Of a stretch of 27,376 nt of DNA, positions 1 through 8,032 are shown piece by piece. The notes beneath the pieces were generated by a model, which ran no database searches, had not been told where the DNA came from, and saw nothing but the letters and a program-made list of their open reading frames with translations. Where the stretch lies: the NCBI GenBank assembly GCA_035285125.1, contig JAYKHR010000067.1, positions 1 through 27,376 of the forward strand. Reading direction: 5' to 3'. Every line of letters starts with the position of its first letter. Positions within the stretch are counted from its first letter, which is position 1. This stretch comes from Candidatus Sericytochromatia bacterium. Its GTDB lineage: Bacteria > Cyanobacteriota > Sericytochromatia > S15B-MN24 > JAQBPE01. The position numbers were made by a program, and so were the translations under genes.

Positions 1-147
1 CCCGGTTTGATGCCCGTTGCGGGCCCTGACGGGTGGCCACGAGCCGTTGCCGTCGGTTCCGTTCTCAAAACCGCGGGATGAGGCCAGAGCCTCGATGTCC
101 GCGGCATCAAGGCGGGAAGCCAACGTCGCTCCCTCGCCCTCTCGGGG

Positions 148-153
148 TATAAC
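148..153 (+). promoter_or_regulatory. putative sigma70 -10 element of cphA
   Basis: ggggTATAAC in a GC-rich context, 37 nt upstream of the cphA ATG. No clear -35. Confidence 0.5.
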
Positions 154-190
154 CCCCCCGCACACCCCGCCCCATCCTGGAAAAGGCCCC

Positions 191-2815
191 ATGAAGGTTC
201 TCGAAAAGCGCATCCTCCGCGGCCCCAACGTCCACTCGCCGCGCCCCTGCTTCCTGGCCGTGCTGGACCTCGAGGACCTCGACGACCGCCCCTCCACCAG
301 CTTCCCGGGCTTCACGGAGCAGCTCTGCGCCCTCCTGCCCGGCCTGCACGACCACCGCTGCTCGCTGGGGCGGCGGGGCGGCTTCGTCGAGCGCCTCAAG
401 GAAGGCACCTACCCGGCGCACATCACGGAGCACGTGCTCATCGAGCTGCAGAACATGGTGGGCATCGACGTGGGCTACGGCAAGGCGCGGCAGGTGCCCA
501 ACCGGCCTCGCCAGTTCACGATCGTCTGCTCGTACAAGATCGAGAAGGTCGTGACGGAGGCGCTGCCCGTCGCCATCAAGATCGTCGAGGGGCTCGCGCG
601 CGGCGAGAGCGTCGACATCACGGAGGACCTCGAGAACCTGCGGTACTGGGCTGATCGGCACGCGCTGGGGCCCTCCACCAAGGCCATCGTCGAGGCGGCC
701 GAGCGGCGGGGCATCCCGGCGTTCCGCATCACGGACGACGCGAGCCTGTTTCAGCTCGGCTGGGGCAAGCACCAGAAGCGGATTCAGGCCACGATGACCA
801 GCAACACGAGCCACATCGCGGTGGGCATCGCGTCGGACAAGGAGCTCACCAAGGCCATCCTCGCCGAGGCCGGGCTGTCCGTGCCGAAGGGCGAGGTCGT
901 GCGCTCGGCGGACGCGGCCGTGGCGGCGGCGCGTCGCCTGCGCGGGCCGGTGGCGCTCAAGCCCTTCGACGGCAACCAGGGCAAGGGCGTGAGCCTGAAC
1001 CTGGTGGACCCTGAGCAGATCCGCGCGGCCTACGACCTGGCTGCCACCTACCGCCGGTCCGTGCTCGTCGAGCAGTTCATCGAGGGGCAGGACTACCGCG
1101 TGCTCGTCGTCGGCGACGAGGTGATCGCGGTGGCCCGCCGCCTGCCGGCGCACGTGCATGGCGACGGCCGGCACACGGTGCGCGAACTGGTCGAGGTGGA
1201 GAACGAGCACCCGATGCGCGGCGAGGGCCACCTCAAGCCCATGACGAAGATCAAGCTCGACGAGGGGGCGCGGCAGGTGCTCGAGCGCCAGGGGCTGACC
1301 TTCGACGCCGTGCCCGCTGAGGGCCAGCTCGTGGTGCTCAAGGAGAACGCCAACCTGAGCACGGGCGGCTCGGCCGAGGACGTCACGGACCAGATCCACC
1401 CGCGCAACGCCGACGCCTGCGTGGTGGCGGCCCGCAAGATCGGGCTCGACGTGGCGGGCATCGACGTCGTCTGCCGCGACATCGCCGTGCCCTTCGTCGA
1501 CCAGCGCGGCGCCATCATCGAGGTCAACGCGGCGCCCGGCATCCGGATGCACCAGCACCCGAGCAAGGGCCAGGCCCACGACGTCGGGGCGGCCATCGTG
1601 CGCTCGCTCTTCCCGGCCGGCGCGCCCTCGCGCGTGCCCGTCATCGCGGTGACGGGCACCAACGGCAAGACCACCACCACGCTGCTCATCGGCCACGTCA
1701 TCCAGAACACCGGCCACGTCACGGGCATCACCACCACCGAGGGCATCTACATCGACGGCCGCCTCGCGGAGTCGGGGGACTGCACGGGCTACTGGTCTGC
1801 GCGCACCGTGCTCACGAGCCCCATCGTCGAGGCGGCCGTGCTCGAGACGGCCCGCGGCGGGATGTTCAAGCGGGGGCTCGCCTTCGACCGCTGCGACATC
1901 GGCGTGGTCATGAACATCCACGACGACCACCTCGGCCAGCACGGCGCCGAGACCCTCTCGGACCTCGCACGCGTCAAGCGGCTGGTCGTCGAGGCGGCCG
2001 CCAAGGCCTGCGTGCTGAATGCGGAGGACCCGCTCGTGGCGGCGATGGCGGAGCACAAGCCGGAGGGCTGCGAGGTCCTCTACTTCTCGCTCGACCCTGC
2101 CTGCCCCGTGGTGGAGCGCCACCTCGATGCGGGGGGCCGCGCCGTCTACCTGCGGCGCAACATGATCATGCTGGCGCAGGGTGACCACCGCATCCCGCTG
2201 CTCGAGGTCGAGCGCATCCCCTTCACGCTGCGCGGCCGGGCGCGCTTCAACGTCCAGAACTCGCTCGCGGCCGTGGCTGCGCTCTGGGTGCAGGGCTACA
2301 CGCAGGCCCAGATCATCGCGGGGCTCACGACCTTCACCTCCAGCGTCGAGCAGAACCCTGGCCGAATGAACCTCTTCCGCATCCGAGACTTCCACGTCCT
2401 GCTCGACTACGCCCACAACGCCGAGAGCTACAGGCTCATCATCGAGACGGGGCGCAAGCTCAACCACAAGCGGCTCGTCGGCGTCGTCACGGCGCCCGGC
2501 GACCGCTACGACGACAAGCTCCGCGAGATCGGCCGCATCTGCGGGGCGGGCTTCGACCACCTCGTCATCCGCCAGATGACGGACCTCCGGGGCCGGCCCC
2601 TCGGGGAGGCCCCGAAGCTGATGTACGAGGGGGCGATGCAGAGCGGGATCGACCCGGCCCGGGTGGAGCTCATCAACGACGAGCCTGCCGCCATCCGCCA
2701 CGCCATCGAGATGGGGCGCGAGGGCGACCTCATCATCATCGGCTGCTCGGACACGGCCGACATGATCGCCGACGTCGTCAAGCACGCCGAGATCCTGATC
2801 CCCACGGCGGACTGA
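191..2815 (+). CDS. cphA: cyanophycin synthetase CphA1 (874 aa)
   Basis: ATG at 191 follows GGAAAAGG; the ORF-track start at 17 is an unlikely extension. N-terminus MKVLEKRILRGPN, N-domain Cx19HxxEH, ATP-grasp domain (KPFDGNQGKGV, ANLSTGG, EVNAAPG), Mur-ligase-like domain (TGTNGKTTT, ETARGG, DYAHN). Confidence 0.96.
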   Translation: MKVLEKRILRGPNVHSPRPCFLAVLDLEDLDDRPSTSFPGFTEQLCALLPGLHDHRCSLGRRGGFVERLKEGTYPAHITEHVLIELQNMVGIDVGYGKARQVPNRPRQFTIVCSYKIEKVVTEALPVAIKIVEGLARGESVDITEDLENLRYWADRHALGPSTKAIVEAAERRGIPAFRITDDASLFQLGWGKHQKRIQATMTSNTSHIAVGIASDKELTKAILAEAGLSVPKGEVVRSADAAVAAARRLRGPVALKPFDGNQGKGVSLNLVDPEQIRAAYDLAATYRRSVLVEQFIEGQDYRVLVVGDEVIAVARRLPAHVHGDGRHTVRELVEVENEHPMRGEGHLKPMTKIKLDEGARQVLERQGLTFDAVPAEGQLVVLKENANLSTGGSAEDVTDQIHPRNADACVVAARKIGLDVAGIDVVCRDIAVPFVDQRGAIIEVNAAPGIRMHQHPSKGQAHDVGAAIVRSLFPAGAPSRVPVIAVTGTNGKTTTTLLIGHVIQNTGHVTGITTTEGIYIDGRLAESGDCTGYWSARTVLTSPIVEAAVLETARGGMFKRGLAFDRCDIGVVMNIHDDHLGQHGAETLSDLARVKRLVVEAAAKACVLNAEDPLVAAMAEHKPEGCEVLYFSLDPACPVVERHLDAGGRAVYLRRNMIMLAQGDHRIPLLEVERIPFTLRGRARFNVQNSLAAVAALWVQGYTQAQIIAGLTTFTSSVEQNPGRMNLFRIRDFHVLLDYAHNAESYRLIIETGRKLNHKRLVGVVTAPGDRYDDKLREIGRICGAGFDHLVIRQMTDLRGRPLGEAPKLMYEGAMQSGIDPARVELINDEPAAIRHAIEMGREGDLIIIGCSDTADMIADVVKHAEILIPTAD

Positions 2816-2820
2816 CCGGC

Positions 2821-3972
2821 GTGGCACGGGGGCTTGCGGCGGCGTTGCTGCTGGTCGCGGGGGGCCTGGCGGGCTGCCTCGCGGCCACGCCCCTGCCGCT
2901 GACGCCCGTGCAGCTGCTGGTTGGCGGGTGGCCCCCCTCGCCGCCGCCCGGGGCGCTGGCGCGGCCGTACACCATCCTGGGCAACGTCTTCAGCTACCCC
3001 GAGCTCGGGCTGTCCATCGCCCGGCCTGATCCGGGGGCCTGGGAGTTCCAGGCGACGCAGAGCGGCATGGCCCTGCTGAGGCTGGAGGGCCAGCTCGCGA
3101 GCGCCGAGGGGCCCTCCGTGCAGGTCACGGTGGTGCCGCTGCCGGCTGGCGTGGTGCTCGACACGGCCGTGGCGGAGGACGTCGTGCGGCTGCTGCAGGC
3201 CGGCGTGGGGGTGGTCCAGGGGGAGGTCGTCGTCGACGGCCTCCCGGCGATCGCCCTGTGGCTGATGCAGACCCAGCCCGGCGCGAGCGGGGCGCCCGCG
3301 CGGCAGGAGCGCACGTGGCGCCTCTACCTCGCGCACGAGGGGCTGCTGGTCCTGGCCGAGGCCCGGGCCGAGGCTGGGGCCTTCCTGGGCGCCCTGCCTG
3401 CCTTCGAGGCCATGCTCGAGACGCTGCGCGTCCCGCAAGAGCCGATGCGGGCCGAGCCGGGCGTGCGCGTGCCGCTGCAGCGGGCGGGGGCGCTCACCGC
3501 CCCGCTCCTCGGGCTGCGCCTGCGGACCCTGGATGCCTCCCGCTGGGCAGCCTTCAGCCAGGGCACGTCGCTCTCGATCGAGCGCCGGGCGGTCCCGGAA
3601 GGCGCCCGGGCGCACCCCACCTTGACGGTCACGGTCGGGGATCTGCCGCCGGGCACGGATCTGCGGGGGGTGCTCGCGCAGGAGCGCGCCGCCATCGAGC
3701 AGGGGGGGGCCAGCGTGACGGTGGCCTCCGCCACGCTCGGCGGCCTGTCGGGGGAGGGCTGGCGCTGGGCCACGGGCACGGGCGCGGCGGGCCTGACCCA
3801 CCGCCGCGTCACCGCCAGCCAGGGCGCGCGGGTGGCGATTGCCCAGTACGTGCTGGAGACCCCCCTGGCCGGCAGCCTGGAGCCTGAGCTGGCGGCCGTG
3901 CTGGACGCCTTGGAGGCGGTGGCGCCGGCCGCCGCTCCGCCAGCGGCTTCTTCGCCCGTCACCGCGCCCTGA
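2821..3972 (+). CDS. putative lipoprotein, possibly two PsbP/DcrB-like domains
   Basis: GTG start 5 nt after the cphA stop. Hydrophobic N-terminus ending in lipobox LAGC. The two halves share a similar beta/alpha pattern. The fold assignment is inference. Confidence 0.6.
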   Translation: MARGLAAALLLVAGGLAGCLAATPLPLTPVQLLVGGWPPSPPPGALARPYTILGNVFSYPELGLSIARPDPGAWEFQATQSGMALLRLEGQLASAEGPSVQVTVVPLPAGVVLDTAVAEDVVRLLQAGVGVVQGEVVVDGLPAIALWLMQTQPGASGAPARQERTWRLYLAHEGLLVLAEARAEAGAFLGALPAFEAMLETLRVPQEPMRAEPGVRVPLQRAGALTAPLLGLRLRTLDASRWAAFSQGTSLSIERRAVPEGARAHPTLTVTVGDLPPGTDLRGVLAQERAAIEQGGASVTVASATLGGLSGEGWRWATGTGAAGLTHRRVTASQGARVAIAQYVLETPLAGSLEPELAAVLDALEAVAPAAAPPAASSPVTAP

Positions 3973-3999
3973 AGGGGCTCACGGCAGCGGGTTCCACGT

Positions 4000-4005
4000 T
4001 ATAAT
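4000..4005 (+). promoter_or_regulatory. putative -10 element of ilvA
   Basis: Perfect TATAAT in the 78-nt intergenic gap, 45 nt before ATG 4051. Confidence 0.6.
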
Positions 4006-4050
4006 GGGGCAGCCCGGGACGATGGGGTGCCCGGGCCGCCGGAGGGTTCC

Positions 4051-5277
4051 ATGGCCGTCGAGTTCCACACCGATGTCAGCCTGGCTCGCATCGAGCAGGC
4101 CTACGAGGCCGTGCGCCGCGTGGCGCACCGGACGCCCATCTTCACCTCGCAGACCTTCGACGCGCTCGCAGGCTGCGAGGTCTTCCTGAAGGCCGAAAAC
4201 CTCCAGAAGACGGGCTCGTTCAAGGTGCGGGGGGCCTACAACTGCCTCTCCAAGTTCACGCCCGAGCAGAAGGCCCGGGGCGTGGTGACGGCCTCGGCCG
4301 GCAACCACGCGCAGGGCATCGCGCTGGGGGCGCGGCTCGCTGGCATGAGGGCGACGGTGTTCATGCCGCTCGGGGCCTCGATCGCCAAGGTGCAGGCCAC
4401 GCGCGGCTACGGCGCCGAGGTGCGGCTCGTCGGCGCCATCTTCGACGAGGCCGTCGCCGCCGCCAAGGCGTTCGCGGAGGAGATGGGCGCGGAGTTCGTT
4501 TCTGCCTTCGACCACGACGACATCATCGCCGGGCAGGGCACCGTCGGCCTGGAGCTGCTCGACGAGCTGCCCGGCCTCGAGACGGCCATCGTGCCGGTGG
4601 GGGGCGGGGGGCTCATGAGCGGCGTGGCGATCGCACTCAAGGAGATCAACCCCCGCATCCGCGTGGTCGGGGTGCAGGCCGAGGGGGCGCCCGCGCTCGT
4701 GAAGGCCTGGCAGGCCAACGAGCTCGTCGCGACGCCGAGCGTCAAGACCATCGCGGACGGCATCGCCATCAAGTATCCGGCCGCCCGCACCTTCCATTAC
4801 ATCGCGAAGTACGTCGACGAGATGGTCACGGTCAGCGACGAGGACACGGCCAACACCATCGTCCAGCTGCTCGAGCGCACCAAGCTCGTGGTCGAGGGCG
4901 CCGGCGCCGTCGGCCTGGCCGCGCTCCTGACGGGCAAGGTGACGGGCCGGGGCAAGACGGCCGTGGTGCTGTCGGGTGGCAACATCGACACCAAGCTTCT
5001 CTCCAGCCTGATCGAGCGGCACATGCTGCGCATGTCGCGCTACGTGCGCCTCTTCACCTCGGTGGACGATCGGCCCGGCTCGCTTGCGCGGCTGCTCAAG
5101 GTGGTGGCGGACAACCAGGGCAACCTCATCGAGGTCATCCACAACCGCGTCAGCGCCAGCCTGCCGATCGGCGGCACGGGCGTGGAGCTCCAGCTCGAGA
5201 CGCGCGACGGCGGGCACATCGAGGAGATCGTCGCGGCGCTGCGCGGCGAGGGCTACCCGGTCCAGCTGATGCCGTAG
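4051..5277 (+). CDS. ilvA: threonine ammonia-lyase (dehydratase), medium form with a single C-terminal ACT domain
   Basis: SD GGAGG at 4041-4045 and ATG at 4051. PLP motif KAENLQKTGSFKVRGA, ASAGNHAQG, VPVGGGGL, SGGN, and C-terminal DRPGSL ACT domain. Confidence 0.92.
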   Translation: MAVEFHTDVSLARIEQAYEAVRRVAHRTPIFTSQTFDALAGCEVFLKAENLQKTGSFKVRGAYNCLSKFTPEQKARGVVTASAGNHAQGIALGARLAGMRATVFMPLGASIAKVQATRGYGAEVRLVGAIFDEAVAAAKAFAEEMGAEFVSAFDHDDIIAGQGTVGLELLDELPGLETAIVPVGGGGLMSGVAIALKEINPRIRVVGVQAEGAPALVKAWQANELVATPSVKTIADGIAIKYPAARTFHYIAKYVDEMVTVSDEDTANTIVQLLERTKLVVEGAGAVGLAALLTGKVTGRGKTAVVLSGGNIDTKLLSSLIERHMLRMSRYVRLFTSVDDRPGSLARLLKVVADNQGNLIEVIHNRVSASLPIGGTGVELQLETRDGGHIEEIVAALRGEGYPVQLMP

Positions 5278-5310
5278 GGGGTTGCGGAGGCACCCCTGCC
5301 CCGGACGCGG

Positions 5311-5316
5311 TAGAAT
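5311..5316 (+). promoter_or_regulatory. putative -10 element for the SLH gene (and possibly the hflX operon)
   Basis: cggTAGAAT ending 8 nt before ATG 5325. Confidence 0.55.
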
Positions 5317-5324
5317 AGCCCACG

Positions 5325-6305
5325 ATGCCCCCGCCCCCCCGCAAGAAGCCTGCTGCCTCCGCTCCGGCCCCCGAGGGACGGCGCGGCCCGCGTGCCGGAA
5401 AGCGCAAGAAGCGCGCCAGGGGCACGGCCCTGCCGCTCGTGCTGGGCGGGACGGTCCTGGTGCTCCTCGTGGCGCTTGTGGCTGGTGGCATCTACCTGAC
5501 GGAGTACTTCATCCCCACCCCGCCCCCCGCCGTCGATCCCGCCGCGGTGCGGCGCCCGACCGTCGAGGCGACGGTCGACAGCGTGACGCCCAAGCGACCT
5601 GGCCTGGTGCTGCACGCGGAGGACCAGGTGTACACGGCCAAGGCCACCGACGTGGTGGGCAAGCCCCTCGAGGGCCCGGTCAACGGCCTGCTCGCCCGCG
5701 GCGTGCTGACGGCCTTTGCCGATGGCACCTTTCGGCCCGACGAGCCCGTGCCCCGCGCCGAGTTCGTCGTGTGGTGCTACAACGCGATGATGGCCCAGAC
5801 CTCGAAAGGGGAGGATCCCTTCACGCAGCCGAAGCGGGGCGTTCCGGAGGTCAGCGTGCGCGGGGACGAGTTCGAGGACGTGGCGGCCGACCACTGGGCG
5901 GCGCCCGTGATCGCGTCGCTGAAGGCGGCCCGCTACTTCGGGGAGAAGAGCCCCAAGACCTTCCGCCCCGATGCGCCGCTCAAGCGCCAGGAGTGGGCCC
6001 TGCACACCGTGCAGTGGTGTGCCTCGCGGGAGCAGGTGCTGAACCTCTCCCGCCAGGTCGACACCACCAGGCTCGCCGTGGCGCTGCGCAAGCTGCACCT
6101 CACGGATGCGGCGCAGATCGACGGCATCTACAAGCCCTTCGTGTGGTTCGTGGTGGCCGACGAGAAGCGCGCGATGTGGCTGCAGGGCACCTTCGCGGCC
6201 CCGGTGAACCCTGGGCCCTGGCACCCCAGGAAGGTCGTCACCCGGGGTGAGGCGGCCACCTTCATCGGCGGATTTTACGAGGAGATCGGCAAGGCCTTTC
6301 TGTAA
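5325..6305 (+). CDS. membrane-anchored S-layer homology (SLH) domain protein
   Basis: Basic N-tail plus one TM helix (LPLVLGGTVLVLLVALVAGGIYL). SLH-like motifs DGTFRPDEPVPRAEF, FEDVAADHWA...TFRPDAPLKRQE, and HPRKVVTRGEAA. Confidence 0.8.
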   Translation: MPPPPRKKPAASAPAPEGRRGPRAGKRKKRARGTALPLVLGGTVLVLLVALVAGGIYLTEYFIPTPPPAVDPAAVRRPTVEATVDSVTPKRPGLVLHAEDQVYTAKATDVVGKPLEGPVNGLLARGVLTAFADGTFRPDEPVPRAEFVVWCYNAMMAQTSKGEDPFTQPKRGVPEVSVRGDEFEDVAADHWAAPVIASLKAARYFGEKSPKTFRPDAPLKRQEWALHTVQWCASREQVLNLSRQVDTTRLAVALRKLHLTDAAQIDGIYKPFVWFVVADEKRAMWLQGTFAAPVNPGPWHPRKVVTRGEAATFIGGFYEEIGKAFL

Positions 6306-6330
6306 GGGACGGCAGGCCGGGGAGGCGAGC

Positions 6331-8022
6331 ATTCACAAGGTCATCGGCAACCACACGGGGCTCAAGGCAAGCCAGGTCGCGCAGCTGGAGCGGCTGTACC
6401 GGCGGCGGGTGCACGTCGCCGACCTGTTCTCGTACGAGCTGGCCGAGCAGATGGTGGCAGCGGCCTGGGAGATCCAGCGCCCCGTCGGCGTGCTCGTGGA
6501 CCGCGCGGGCAAGGTCACGCACGTGGTGGTGGGGGACCCCGGCAGCATCGAGCTGCCGGCCCTGAAGAAGCGCGAGGCGCAGGCGCGGCTGTCGGGCTGG
6601 CGGGGCGTCATCGTGCACCCGGGGGGGGGGGGGCTCGGCCGCAAGGAGCTGGTGGGCCTCGCGATGAACCGCCTCGACGCCCTCGTCGCCATCGACGTGG
6701 GCGGGCCGAAGCCGCACAGCGCCGAGGTCTGGCTCGCCCACCTGTTGCCCGAGGCGGACGCCGAGGGGACGGTCTGGCACGTGCGGCCCCCGCTGACGAT
6801 GAAGGAGGCCCAGGCCTTCGACTTCGCCGAGTGGCTCGCCGAGCTCGAGGGCGAGATGGCAGCTGCCACGGTGGCGCGGGCCGTCGACACCAGCACCGAA
6901 CGCGCCATCCTCGTGGGCATCCAGACGCCCGAGCTGACGGACGAGCAGGCCAGGGAGTCGATGGCCGAGCTCGCCGAGCTCGCCCGCACGGCGGGCGCCG
7001 AGGTGCTCGACGAGACGCTGCAGCGCCGTCGCTCCCCCAACCCGGCCACCTTGATCGGGTCGGGTAAGGTCGAGGAGCTGGCGCTGCGCACGCGCGAGCT
7101 GGGGGCGACCCTGGTGGTCGTGGACGCGGAGCTTTCGCCCTCGCAGCAGAGCAAGCTCGATGACGCCTGGGGCCTGAAGGTCATCGACCGCACCCAGCTC
7201 ATCCTCGACATCTTCGCGCAGCGTGCCCAGACGCGCGAGGGCAAGCTGCAGGTCGAGCTGGCGCAGCTCAAGTACAACCTGCCCCGGCTGCGGGGCGTGG
7301 GGGCTGCCATGAGCCGGCTCGGCGGCGGCATCGGCACGCGCGGGCCCGGTGAGACGAAGCTGGAGACCGACCGACGCCGCATCCACCAGCGCATCGCGCA
7401 CCTCGAGGGCGAGGTCGAACAGATCAAGAAGCACCGCACGGCACAGCGCAAGAGTCGCACCAAGCGGGGCATCCCGCAGGTCGCCATCATGGGCTACACC
7501 AACGCGGGCAAGAGCACGCTGCTCAACCGCCTCACGAAGGCCGACGTGCTGGCCGAGAACAAGCTCTTTGCCACGCTGGACCCGGTCACCCGCCGGCTGC
7601 GGCTGCTGGGCGGGGCAGAGGTGCTGCTGACGGACACCGTCGGCTTCATCCAGCGGCTGCCGACCCAGCTCGTGGCCGCCTTCCGGGCCACGCTGGAGGA
7701 GGTCACGGAGGCGGACGTCTTGCTGCATGTGCTCGACGCGAGCCACCCCAACGTCGAGGAGCACGTGCGGGCCGTCCATGCCATCCTCGAGGACCTTGAG
7801 GTCGGCGAGAAGCCCACGGTCACGGCCCTGAACAAGGTCGACGCCGTGGCCGATCCCACAGCGCTCGAGCGCCTGCGCGCCGAGGTCCCGATGCCCGTGG
7901 AGGTCTCTGCCCTGACGGGGGAAGGCCTCATGGATCTGCTTGCCGCCATCGAGGCGGAGGCCCGCGTCACCCCCGTGGAGGCTCTGGGCGAGCCGCCCGA
8001 CCCCAACCAACGCCCTGAGTGA
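6331..8022 (+). CDS. hflX: GTPase HflX, long form with N-terminal extension; probable ATT start
   Basis: G motifs GYTNAGKS, FATLD, DTVG, NKVD, SAL, plus GGGIGTRGPGETKLE and IDRTQLILDIFA. The start is inferred from SD GGAGG (6321-6325) 5 nt before ATT 6331. Confidence 0.93.
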   Translation: MHKVIGNHTGLKASQVAQLERLYRRRVHVADLFSYELAEQMVAAAWEIQRPVGVLVDRAGKVTHVVVGDPGSIELPALKKREAQARLSGWRGVIVHPGGGGLGRKELVGLAMNRLDALVAIDVGGPKPHSAEVWLAHLLPEADAEGTVWHVRPPLTMKEAQAFDFAEWLAELEGEMAAATVARAVDTSTERAILVGIQTPELTDEQARESMAELAELARTAGAEVLDETLQRRRSPNPATLIGSGKVEELALRTRELGATLVVVDAELSPSQQSKLDDAWGLKVIDRTQLILDIFAQRAQTREGKLQVELAQLKYNLPRLRGVGAAMSRLGGGIGTRGPGETKLETDRRRIHQRIAHLEGEVEQIKKHRTAQRKSRTKRGIPQVAIMGYTNAGKSTLLNRLTKADVLAENKLFATLDPVTRRLRLLGGAEVLLTDTVGFIQRLPTQLVAAFRATLEEVTEADVLLHVLDASHPNVEEHVRAVHAILEDLEVGEKPTVTALNKVDAVADPTALERLRAEVPMPVEVSALTGEGLMDLLAAIEAEARVTPVEALGEPPDPNQRPE

Positions 8023-8032
8023 GGACCCTGCG

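Noticed and set aside
17..190. ORF-track N-terminal extensions of cphA, ilvA (4027), ynbB-like (7940), S8 (12423), GT-C (12489), gyrB (14401), yitJ (19544), zinc ribbon (20073), metH (20295), DUF429-like (27148)
   Set aside because: Downstream starts mostly have SD sequences and match family N-termini. Several extensions span the putative promoter.
107..2827. 906-aa antisense ORF over cphA (likewise 3979-5217, 6262-8157, 12330-14624, 16920-19652, 20289-23807, 24119-26119)
   Set aside because: Shadow ORFs expected from high-GC codon bias, which depletes stops on the opposite strand. They show no recognisable motifs and fully overlap well-supported genes.
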